Assembly (NCBI GenBank): GCA_944350115.1
Contig: CALVNZ010000001.1
Location: 24,483 to 88,482, forward strand
Direction: 5' to 3'
DNA from: an uncultured Clostridia bacterium
GTDB taxonomy: Bacteria; Bacillota; Clostridia; Christensenellales; UBA1242
DNA: 64,000 bases
Both the position numbers and the translations under genes were made by a program. This document shows, piece after piece, positions 28,022-35,847 of the stretch (its first letter is position 1; each line of letters opens with the position of its first letter). The notes under the pieces were generated by a model. The model was not told the DNA's origin. It ran no database searches and was given only the letters and a program-made list of their open reading frames with translations.

Positions 28022-28164
28022 AAGCATTCTCCTTACAAAAAATATATTACTACAAAAAGACCGAAAAATACAAACGATTTAAAGACAAATAAATATTTTA
28101 TTTATATTTTATTAATAATTTTTTTGTTATTAAAAAATTAAAAAATTAATTATAAAAATTCAAT

Positions 28165-28842
28165 TTATTTGCAGTTATAAAACAAAATATTTAATTTATT
28201 ATGTTTTTTTGCTTCAATAATCTTTTTTTGAGTGATAATTTCATGTTCTTTTATAATTAATTCATTATTTAACCCTAAAATATCTCTCGTCGCCATTTTA
28301 CCAATCAAACTTTGAACGTTGGGCGTGATTTTAGCTGGCGTCACAATTGTGGCATTAACAGTTTCGGGAATCTTAACCAATTGTTCGTTTGAAAACTTAT
28401 TTTTAAAATTAAAAACAGGCTCTTTTTGTTTTTTCCCAAAAACAATAAGAGCATCGAAACCATTGACGCAAATGTTTTTTGGTGCAAAAGTTAATTTCTC
28501 TGTTACTATACAAATTACTTTTTTGCCTTGAATAACAATATCTTTTACCACACCCAAATTGCTTCCTTTTTTGTCAAAAACAAGCTTACCAATAGGGTTT
28601 GTATAATTGTTTTCATAACCATAACTTAATGATGATGTGTTTTTTAGAAAAATGGCATCTCGTCCAAAAACAAGTTGACCTATTTCAACCTTACCTTCCA
28701 TTTCAGTTTCATCGTCCACAACGATAACTTCCAACAGCTTGTCTAGATTAGAAGAAAATTCAACGTTTAAAATATAACCAATCTTTGCGCCAGACGACAA
28801 AGAATAAACGGATTTTGAAATTAAATCAGATATTTTTTTCAT
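28165..28842 (-). CDS. PRC-barrel-like (YlmC/YmxH-type) domain protein, two repeats
   Basis: 225 aa. Two segments have the PRC-barrel pattern (ISDLISKSVYSLSSGAKIGYILNVEF.. and NPIGKLVFDKKGSNLGVVKDIVIQGKKV). Motif-level call only. Confidence 0.5.
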   Translation of the reverse strand: MKKISDLISKSVYSLSSGAKIGYILNVEFSSNLDKLLEVIVVDDETEMEGKVEIGQLVFGRDAIFLKNTSSLSYGYENNYTNPIGKLVFDKKGSNLGVVKDIVIQGKKVICIVTEKLTFAPKNICVNGFDALIVFGKKQKEPVFNFKNKFSNEQLVKIPETVNATIVTPAKITPNVQSLIGKMATRDILGLNNELIIKEHEIITQKKIIEAKKHNKLNILFYNCK

Positions 28843-28980
28843 GGTATAAAATTATTAAAAAATAAGCTGTTTTATGATAATTTAAAAAAAATAGACAAAA
28901 AAATATAAAAAAATATAAAAAAAATTATATTTTTTATTAAATTATTTTTATTTTTTAATTTTTTTAAATTGATTTTTTTC

Positions 28981-29009
28981 TTGACAAATTGATAAAAAAA
29001 TAATAAAAT
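28981..29009 (+). promoter_or_regulatory. SigA-type promoter; -10 box ends 6 nt before the ATG (predicted leaderless mRNA)
   Basis: TTGACA (28981-28986), 17 nt, TAAAAT (29004-29009), aaaatt, ATG at 29016. No SD. Confidence 0.65.
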
Positions 29010-29015
29010 AAAATT

Positions 29016-29231
29016 ATGAAAAAAAATATTACTAAAAACATGACCATTGAAAAAGTTTTAAAACTAGACGAAGACTTAGCCGAAGTGCTGATGGGTTTTG
29101 GAATGCATTGCATCTATTGCCCGATGAGCTTAATGGAAACTTTGGAAGAAGCGGCAAAAGTTCACGAAATTGATGTGGATTTTCTTGTTCAAAAACTAAA
29201 TGATTATTTGAAACAAAAAAACGCCAAATGA
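29016..29231 (+). CDS. DUF1858-type small redox/disulfide domain protein (hybrid-cluster-protein-associated family)
   Basis: 71 aa with MTIEKVLKLDEDLAEVLMGFGMHCIYCP..ETLEEAA, the characteristic DUF1858 pattern with CxxC. Confidence 0.7.
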   Translation: MKKNITKNMTIEKVLKLDEDLAEVLMGFGMHCIYCPMSLMETLEEAAKVHEIDVDFLVQKLNDYLKQKNAK

Positions 29232-29245
29232 TTGGCGTTTTTTTA
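29221..29245. terminator. Bidirectional intrinsic terminator shared by the DUF1858 gene and hflX
   Basis: acgccaa (29221-29227), loop atga, ttggcgt (29232-29238), then a T-run. An A-run lies upstream. Both stop codons lie in or next to the structure. Confidence 0.8.
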
Positions 29246-30334
29246 AATCATATTTTTTATTCTTTCTTTTAATTGTTCTAGTCCCTCTTTCGTTTTTGCA
29301 GAAACATAAATTTCATTTGAATTCAAATTTTTTCTATTTTCAACCAGATCACATTTGTTGTAAACGACAAGTCGGTTTTTAGTCGCTCCTATTTCATCAA
29401 GCACAGATTCCGTTACTCGCATTGATTCTTCATAATAAAGTTCTTCCCCATTTTTAGATGTCGCAGTTGGGTCAACAACATGCAAAACTAGATCAGCTTG
29501 TTTCGCTTCTTCCAACGTCGAAGCAAAAGAGTCAACAAGTTCATGTGGCAATTCTGAAATAAAACCAACTGTGTCTGTTAAAACTATTTGCTTGCCATCC
29601 AAAAACAATTTCCTGCTTGTTGTATCTAGTGTTGCAAAATATTTGTCTTCAACATAAATTTTTTCTTTGGTTAACGCGTTTAACAGAGAGCTTTTTCCTG
29701 CATTTGTATAACCAACAAGAGCAACAAGTTTAACATCCGATTTTTCTCTGCTTCGACGACTTACCTGCCTTTGAGTTTTAATTTTTGAAATTTCTTTTTT
29801 CAAAAAATCAATTTCTTTTTCAAGCCTTCGCCTGTCAAGTTCAAGTTTGGTTTCACCCGGTCCTCTCATGCCCACGCCAGCACCACCATATTTGTTGCTT
29901 GTCTCTTGAACTTCTCTTAACTTTGGAAGCAAATAAATGTTTTGTGCCAGTTTTACCTGCAACTTTGCCTCATTGGTCGTTGCTCTTTTTGCAAATATGT
30001 CCAAAATCAACCCAACCCTGTCCACTACTCTGGTTTCAAAAGCGGACGACAGATTTTTAATTTGAGATCCAGTAAGTTTAAAATCTACAACAACCACATC
30101 AACTGGATTTGATTTCAAAAAATCTTTAATTTCTTCGATTTTTCCTGTGCCAATCACGGTGCCTTTATTGAAATCTTTAACATTTTGCGAAAAAGACTCA
30201 ACAACCTCTAAATCAGTTGTCTCTGCAAGCCGAATTACTTCATCAAGTTTACGCGCTTTGCTATCGCTTTTTTTTGTTAAAACGACAATGACAATCGCTT
30301 TTTGTTTTTCTTTTTCTGTTGAGTACAAAACCAC
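29243..30334 (-). CDS. hflX: GTPase HflX
   Basis: HflX N-domain followed by G1 GYTNAGKSSLLN, G3 DTVGF and G4 NKCD. The exact start is uncertain: GTG at 30334 is only 2 nt after AGGAG, whereas TTG at 30328 has better spacing. Confidence 0.88.
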   Translation of the reverse strand: MVLYSTEKEKQKAIVIVVLTKKSDSKARKLDEVIRLAETTDLEVVESFSQNVKDFNKGTVIGTGKIEEIKDFLKSNPVDVVVVDFKLTGSQIKNLSSAFETRVVDRVGLILDIFAKRATTNEAKLQVKLAQNIYLLPKLREVQETSNKYGGAGVGMRGPGETKLELDRRRLEKEIDFLKKEISKIKTQRQVSRRSREKSDVKLVALVGYTNAGKSSLLNALTKEKIYVEDKYFATLDTTSRKLFLDGKQIVLTDTVGFISELPHELVDSFASTLEEAKQADLVLHVVDPTATSKNGEELYYEESMRVTESVLDEIGATKNRLVVYNKCDLVENRKNLNSNEIYVSAKTKEGLEQLKERIKNMI

Positions 30335-30350
30335 ATCTCCTATGCAATTA

Positions 30351-31025
30351 TTATATCACATTTTGTTCTGCACCTGCAAGCACTGAGCCGTTTTCTGTTG
30401 AAATAATCACATTTTGCATTTCCCCATCTGCTGAATAAACACTAAAAAGCCAAAAAATATCGCTAAAACCACCAGAAATATTATCAAGCAATTTTAAATA
30501 ACACTCCCCATTAAAGTTATTTCCGCTTCTCAAAGAATCAATAAAACTCGATAAGTTTTCAGTGCCTATTTCAAGGGCTTGATTCGCGTCAACTTTAAAA
30601 TCATTTGATTTACAAACAAGATTTGCTTCTTCATCTAAAAATTTGACGGTTATGACTTCATCGCCAGTTAAAGTTTGTTCTAAATCTGCCATATGAGTTC
30701 CGGTTCGATAATTAAATTCAAGTAACACTTGTTTTTCTTCTCCGTCAATGTTTACAGTGACATACTCATTGTCACTATTGTCTAACCGAGCAATAATCAA
30801 CGCAAACTCGCATTTATCATTGCTTTCTCCGTCATAACCATACGGATCTTCTCTCACGCCAGAAGCGATTGAAATCGGCAAGTTTAAGTTGTCAGAAAAA
30901 AAATAAACTTCACTTTTTTCTGACATATTTTCTTGAACCAAAGTCAGCCTATCCACCTGAGAACCACAACCAAACAACATTAAAGATGAAACCCCTAATA
31001 TTCCACATACAAACAATTTTTTCAT
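30351..31025 (-). CDS. Lipoprotein, unknown function
   Basis: MKKLFVCGILGVSSLMLFGC-GSQ has a lipobox. SD AAGGAGG is upstream. The gene ends 16 nt upstream of hflX. Confidence 0.75.
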   Translation of the reverse strand: MKKLFVCGILGVSSLMLFGCGSQVDRLTLVQENMSEKSEVYFFSDNLNLPISIASGVREDPYGYDGESNDKCEFALIIARLDNSDNEYVTVNIDGEEKQVLLEFNYRTGTHMADLEQTLTGDEVITVKFLDEEANLVCKSNDFKVDANQALEIGTENLSSFIDSLRSGNNFNGECYLKLLDNISGGFSDIFWLFSVYSADGEMQNVIISTENGSVLAGAEQNVI

Positions 31026-31051
31026 ATTTCCTCCTTGACACTAAAATATGT

Positions 31052-31079
31052 TTGATGTTTTGCGAAAATATGATATAAT
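31052..31079 (+). promoter_or_regulatory. Extended -10 promoter for fba; predicted leaderless mRNA
   Basis: TTGATG, 16 nt ending in TGa, TATAAT (31074-31079), ttgtcac, ATG at 31087. No SD. Confidence 0.55.
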
Positions 31080-31086
31080 TTGTCAC

Positions 31087-32007
31087 ATGAAAGATTTAAT
31101 GTTTTATTATCAAAAAGCAATAAAAAAAGGCTTTGCACTAGGGGCTTTTAACTTTTCTAATTTAGAAATAATAAAAGCCATTTCGTCCTCAGCCGATGAA
31201 TTGAAAAGTCCTGTAATTTTAGCTGTTTCTGAAACTGCATTTTGGAATATGGGGTGTGAATTTATTGTCAGCATAGTAAACACTGCAAAACACGTTTACA
31301 GAGCTCCTATATTTTTACATCTTGACCACGGAAAATCATTCGACATTTGCAAAAAAGCTATCGACAGTGGTTTCGATTCTGTCATGATTGACGGAAGTAG
31401 TTTACCATTTGAAGAAAATATTAAACTTACAAAAAAGGTTTGTGATTATGCACACAAAAAAGGAGTTTTTGTTGAAGGCGAATTAGGACAAATAAAAGGG
31501 ATAGAAGACGGTTTGTCAAATGAAGAAAATCATTTTACAGATCCTTTGAAAGCAAAAATTTTTGTAGAAAAAACAAAAGTTGATTCACTAGCAGTTGCAA
31601 TAGGAACAAGTCATGGAGCATACAAATACAAAGGCAAAAGCGAATTAAGATTTGATATTCTCTCAGAAATTGAAAAAGCCTTGCCTTCATTCCCTCTTGT
31701 TTTACATGGTGCATCTTCTGTTAATCAAAAAATGGTTGAAAGCATAAACAAGTTTGGTGGAAACATTGTAGGCGCCAAAGGCGTTGACGAAGAATTATTG
31801 CGCAAAGCAATAAAAAAGCACAACGTCATCAAAATTAACATGGACACTGACCTTCGCATCGCATTTACTGAATCTTTGCGAAAAACATTTGCGACTTCTC
31901 CAGATGTAATTGATCCAAAACAATATATAAAAGATGCCGGAGAAAATGTAAAGAAAGTGGTTGACTACAAAATAAAAAACGTTTTAAACAGCGTAAATCA
32001 AAAATAA
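31087..32007 (+). CDS. fba: Class II fructose-1,6-bisphosphate aldolase
   Basis: FALGAFNFSNLE, PIFLHLDHG, EGELG, AIGTSHGAYK and LVLHGASS are class II aldolase motifs. Start moved from the track's 31048 to the ATG at 31087 (MKDLMFYYQKAIKKG..). Confidence 0.9.
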   Translation: MKDLMFYYQKAIKKGFALGAFNFSNLEIIKAISSSADELKSPVILAVSETAFWNMGCEFIVSIVNTAKHVYRAPIFLHLDHGKSFDICKKAIDSGFDSVMIDGSSLPFEENIKLTKKVCDYAHKKGVFVEGELGQIKGIEDGLSNEENHFTDPLKAKIFVEKTKVDSLAVAIGTSHGAYKYKGKSELRFDILSEIEKALPSFPLVLHGASSVNQKMVESINKFGGNIVGAKGVDEELLRKAIKKHNVIKINMDTDLRIAFTESLRKTFATSPDVIDPKQYIKDAGENVKKVVDYKIKNVLNSVNQK

Positions 32008-32037
32008 AAAAGTGCTTTAATTTAAGCACTTTTTTTA
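32008..32037. terminator. Bidirectional intrinsic terminator (fba / 604-aa gene)
   Basis: agtgctt (32011-32017), loop taattt, aagcact (32024-32030), T6 downstream, A-run upstream. Confidence 0.8.
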
Positions 32038-33849
32038 TCTTTCAATACTTTTGCCACCATCAATATTTGCTTGTATTTTTGTTTTAATTTTTGGCAAGGT
32101 CAATCCTTTGTCTTCTCGAACTTCCTTTTTCTCTTCTTCTGAGTAAATCTCGCCACTTTCTGACAAACCTTTTATTTCCATCAAATTTTGAGCAAAGTCA
32201 CTCATGATGCCTGTAATAGCTGCTCTAACATCATCAGCTTTAATTTTTGAAGCCTCTTGTTTAATTATTTTTTCAATCTCTTCTTCATTCCCTCCCCTTG
32301 AAACAGCTCGCTGAATTTTCCCAGCCAAGCCCACTTTCCAACTTTGTAAACCGTAATATGCGTTTTTAATAATAGCTGAAACTTTTCTTTCATCCATTCC
32401 AACTTTTTTCTTGCTTCCGATTGACCCAATTGCTTTCTGAGTGTTTCTTAAAACTTTTTTGCCTTCTTTAACAAAATCAACCTTAGATTTTCCATATTTA
32501 CCATATTTTTCATCAAATTCTTTTGATTTTCCGTTTTCTTCAAAAAGTTTCTTTGCATCTTCATATGCTTGCATTTTAACTTTGGAAATTTGTTTTGAAT
32601 CCAAGTTTTTAAAACACTGAACAAGTGGCAATAACAAAATTTCTTGCACTTTTTTCTTTTCTGCTGGATCTTTAATAAATTCTGCCACCATTAAATTTGA
32701 ACAAATAAGTGTTGCAACTTCTTCAAAAGTGTCAATTGTTTTATCTTCTTTTTTTGCTACAATTTCTCTATCAAAATATTCCAAAGCTGTCAAGATAGTT
32801 TCTGTGTCGTCACTTGCAAGCCTTCCAAAAGCCTCTTCAAAATCTTTTGCTGGCAACTCATCGCCCTCTTCTGAATAAAGCGTGTAAAGGATCTCCTCGC
32901 CATTGTCATCAATCAACGCCCAACTATAGTTTGAACCTTCTTCTGTCCATTTTATTTTTAAATCATTAAGTTTTCTTATTTGCGTTTTTAAACTCTCTGT
33001 AAGTTTTAAATCATGAAAAAGCCTTTGAGCGTTGTTTGGATATTTATCTGCGTCAGGTAAAGCACTATTTAATTTAGCAATTCTTTCTGAAGCCAATATA
33101 ACTGCTAAATTTCTAACACGACAATTGCGAATAGAATTCAAATCTTTTGTTATGCTAGCACAAAAGTATGGTGCCATTTGTTTTGTTACTTTGTCAAAAA
33201 CCTCTGGATTTGATGCCAAAGTTTCGTTCAAAACCAAAATAGCTGCTAAATAAATAACTGGTTCTTTAATATTTTTTGGCAAGTTGTATTCTTCTGCCAA
33301 ATTGTTAAGTTCAATTAATGTTGAACCTAACATCAACATCAAGTCACCATTAACACGCAAATCTAAATTTTTTTCACCTTTTCCAATTAAAGAATAATCC
33401 AAACGACTTCCTTTAGCTTCGCCCAATTTACTTATCGCATCAAAATACTTCTCGATGTCTTGTTGGTCTTTAATTTCAGCACCCCAATAAGAAGGATCTG
33501 AAAGCGTTTTGTAAATTCCCCAACCTTCTTTTTCTCTTTCGGCATAAATTTCTTCAAATTTATCGCGAGCTTGTTTAACATCAGAAGCAAACATGCCTTT
33601 TAAACAAAACTGATATAAATCTTTTCTCACTAACTCGAGAGTTCGATAATCATATTCAGCTGTATAACCGTTTTCCCCAGCAGGCTTCATTTTAAAAGTT
33701 GTTGCACAAAATGGTGCCAACACGCTGATCATTGTGTCAGTAATTTGAGAATTTGTCAATTTTAACTTTTCACAAGAAGACAATAATTCTGTTAAATTTA
33801 ACTTTGAATTGTTTGCATAATGATTTGCAACTGGTTCAATAAAACTCAT
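32035..33849 (-). CDS. Hypothetical cytoplasmic protein, 604 aa, no recognisable domain
   Basis: Long ORF with a strong SD (AAGGAGAGGG), its own promoter and its own terminator. No signal peptide or TM. The C-terminal third is K/E-rich. Confidence 0.8.
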   Translation of the reverse strand: MSFIEPVANHYANNSKLNLTELLSSCEKLKLTNSQITDTMISVLAPFCATTFKMKPAGENGYTAEYDYRTLELVRKDLYQFCLKGMFASDVKQARDKFEEIYAEREKEGWGIYKTLSDPSYWGAEIKDQQDIEKYFDAISKLGEAKGSRLDYSLIGKGEKNLDLRVNGDLMLMLGSTLIELNNLAEEYNLPKNIKEPVIYLAAILVLNETLASNPEVFDKVTKQMAPYFCASITKDLNSIRNCRVRNLAVILASERIAKLNSALPDADKYPNNAQRLFHDLKLTESLKTQIRKLNDLKIKWTEEGSNYSWALIDDNGEEILYTLYSEEGDELPAKDFEEAFGRLASDDTETILTALEYFDREIVAKKEDKTIDTFEEVATLICSNLMVAEFIKDPAEKKKVQEILLLPLVQCFKNLDSKQISKVKMQAYEDAKKLFEENGKSKEFDEKYGKYGKSKVDFVKEGKKVLRNTQKAIGSIGSKKKVGMDERKVSAIIKNAYYGLQSWKVGLAGKIQRAVSRGGNEEEIEKIIKQEASKIKADDVRAAITGIMSDFAQNLMEIKGLSESGEIYSEEEKKEVREDKGLTLPKIKTKIQANIDGGKSIER

Positions 33850-33871
33850 TTCCCTCTCCTTAAACTACTAT

Positions 33872-33900
33872 ATTATAACACTTGGAGATAGAAATTTCAA
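33872..33900 (-). promoter_or_regulatory. SigA-type promoter with extended -10 for the 604-aa gene
   Basis: Minus strand reads TTGAAA (33900-33895), 17 nt ending in TGt, TATAAT (33877-33872). Confidence 0.7.
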
Positions 33901-33917
33901 TAGTTATTTAAAATTTT

Positions 33918-34928
33918 TTAACTTAATGTCACAACCACTTCTTTTTCTTTATTATTTCTAACAAACTTCACAAGCAAAGCATCACCTTTTTTATGGCTCA
34001 AAATCGTCGTTTTTAAGTCAAGCAAAGTGACAATTTTCTTCCCTGCTACATTAGTTATCAAATCACCTTTTGATATCCCTGCTATTTGTGCTGGTCCTTC
34101 TGTGGACACAACATAGATTCCATCATTTGAAACAGTTTCTCCATAAGCTCGTGCGATGTCACTATCAAACCCAAAAATTCCTATTTTTGGAGAAGTATAG
34201 TTTTGATCTTTCCCCAAATTTTCAACAACGACTTTGCCAACTTCAATAGGAACGGCAAATCCTATTCCTTCACCTTCACTTGCTTTTAATGTGTTGATGC
34301 CGATAACTTGTCCTTGCGAATTAATAAGTGGACCGCCAGAATTTCCCGGATTTATCGCTGCATCGTGCTGTATCAAAGATTGCATAAAGATCGTTTGTCC
34401 ACCCAAACTTTGACTTTCAAGTGTTCTATTAACTGCACTAACAATTCCATGCGTTATGGTATGTTTAAATTCAAGTGTAAGTGGCGTTCCCAAAGCAAAA
34501 ACTTCGTCGCCAACCATAACTTCGCCAGTGTAAGTGTCAAGATAAGGAATTTCGCGACTGGATTTTAAAACTGCAAGATCAAGCGAAGCATCTGTCCATA
34601 AAGTTCTAGCACTGCCGGTGGTTTTATCAGCAAAATATAAAGTTATTTCTCCTCCGCCTTCTACCACATGATTATTAGTCAAAATCAGCCCATCAGCAGA
34701 TATAGCAAATCCACTGCCTATTGAATAGCCATCAGCGTAATCCACAGCAATTCCAACAACGGCGCTTCGCGCTTGGGTAAGTAATTCTTGCGTGCTCGTT
34801 GCCATGTTTGTTATTTTTCGAACGCTCATGTCAACTGTTTCATCAGCGTTTTGACTGACACAACCAGCGCCACCAATAACCATCAAACATAAAAAAATGC
34901 TTAAAACAAAATAAAAAAATTTCTTCAT
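33918..34928 (-). CDS. HtrA/DegP-family serine protease with C-terminal PDZ, lipoprotein-anchored
   Basis: Catalytic triad contexts are TNNHVV (His), DLAVLK (Asp) and GNSGGPLIN (Ser). A PDZ-like domain follows (GIYVVSTEGPAQIAGISKGDLI). Start moved to the ATG at 34928 (MKKFFYFVLSIFLCLMVIGGAGC, lipobox) behind SD GGGAGGGGG. Confidence 0.88.
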   Translation of the reverse strand: MKKFFYFVLSIFLCLMVIGGAGCVSQNADETVDMSVRKITNMATSTQELLTQARSAVVGIAVDYADGYSIGSGFAISADGLILTNNHVVEGGGEITLYFADKTTGSARTLWTDASLDLAVLKSSREIPYLDTYTGEVMVGDEVFALGTPLTLEFKHTITHGIVSAVNRTLESQSLGGQTIFMQSLIQHDAAINPGNSGGPLINSQGQVIGINTLKASEGEGIGFAVPIEVGKVVVENLGKDQNYTSPKIGIFGFDSDIARAYGETVSNDGIYVVSTEGPAQIAGISKGDLITNVAGKKIVTLLDLKTTILSHKKGDALLVKFVRNNKEKEVVVTLS

Positions 34929-34967
34929 TTCCCCCTCCCAAAAATTAGAAGTCAAAATGAAGAAATC

Positions 34968-35750
34968 TTAAAGTTTAAACATAGTGCCAATCTCCGTTGT
35001 CGCCACATCAATTTTAACATGCACACCTTCTATAATTCCAAATTCTTTAAGACGGTCTGATATGTAAGTATAAGCAAGCATAGGAGTGTTGTTTTCTTTG
35101 CTTAAATGCGACAAAACAATTTGACGCGTTCCCGTTGGAACAAGCGCACGAATAACCAAAGCGGCTTCGTCGTTTGAAATATGTCCGTGCCCACCAGAAA
35201 TTCTTCTCTTTAAAGCTGGCGGATACTTTGTCCCATTGGCAAGCATATCTTTATCATAATTAGCTTCAAGATAAACAAGTTGACTTCCACGAATACAATC
35301 CAGTATTCTCTCATTAGTATGTCCAATGTCGGTTAAAATACTTGCCTTACTTCCATTATTTTCAAAAACATATCCAAAGCATGGCACATCATGTTGAAGA
35401 GGAATTGCCTTTACTTCAATATCACGCAATTTAAACCCGTCTGTTTCATAAAATCTTCGATTTTTTGAAGGGGTTTTTAATAATTTTAAATTCATATTGT
35501 CCCAAACATATCTATGTGCAAAAACAGGAACATCATATTTATATGAAAATGCGTCAACGCCTTTAATATGGTCGTTGTGTTCATGCGTAACCAAAATAAC
35601 ATCAATTTGGTCAGGTTTCACTCCAATAATTGACAGCCTCTTAACAGCTTCATTACATGACAAACCTATGTCAACTAAAACTTTGACATTTTCACTTTCA
35701 ACATAAGTCATGTTTCCTTCACTGCCTGATGACAAACTGATAATTCGCAT
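34968..35750 (-). CDS. MBL-fold metallo-hydrolase, WalJ/YycJ-like
   Basis: MRIISLSSGSEGNMTYVE.. and VILVTHEHNDHIKG (HxHxDH). A position immediately upstream of htrA-like matches the Bacillus yycJ-yycK order. Start moved to the ATG at 35750. Confidence 0.8.
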   Translation of the reverse strand: MRIISLSSGSEGNMTYVESENVKVLVDIGLSCNEAVKRLSIIGVKPDQIDVILVTHEHNDHIKGVDAFSYKYDVPVFAHRYVWDNMNLKLLKTPSKNRRFYETDGFKLRDIEVKAIPLQHDVPCFGYVFENNGSKASILTDIGHTNERILDCIRGSQLVYLEANYDKDMLANGTKYPPALKRRISGGHGHISNDEAALVIRALVPTGTRQIVLSHLSKENNTPMLAYTYISDRLKEFGIIEGVHVKIDVATTEIGTMFKL

Positions 35751-35755
35751 GCTTA

Positions 35756-35784
35756 ATTTTATCATTTTCGTCAAAAAAATGCAA
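35756..35784 (-). promoter_or_regulatory. Extended -10 promoter for the MBL-htrA unit; predicted leaderless mRNA
   Basis: Minus strand reads TTGCAT, 17 nt ending in TGa, TAAAAT (35761-35756), taagc, ATG at 35750. No SD. Confidence 0.5.
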
Positions 35785-35847
35785 GTAACAAAACAAAAAC
35801 AATGCTTCTAAAATTAACATATTAAAGCATTGTTTTTTCTCATTTTC

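Noticed and set aside
14852-28164. Calling the VirB4-like gene plus giant gene an integrative conjugative element
   Set aside because: No integrase, relaxase, coupling protein, att-like direct repeats, tRNA target or obvious compositional boundary is visible. The feature type mobile_element would be unsupported.
28860-28980. A/T-rich direct repeats (aaaaaatataaaaaaatataaaaaaaa etc.) that could suggest a CRISPR array or iteron cluster
   Set aside because: The units are under 10 nt of pure A/T with no unique spacers. This is low-complexity promoter DNA between divergent genes.
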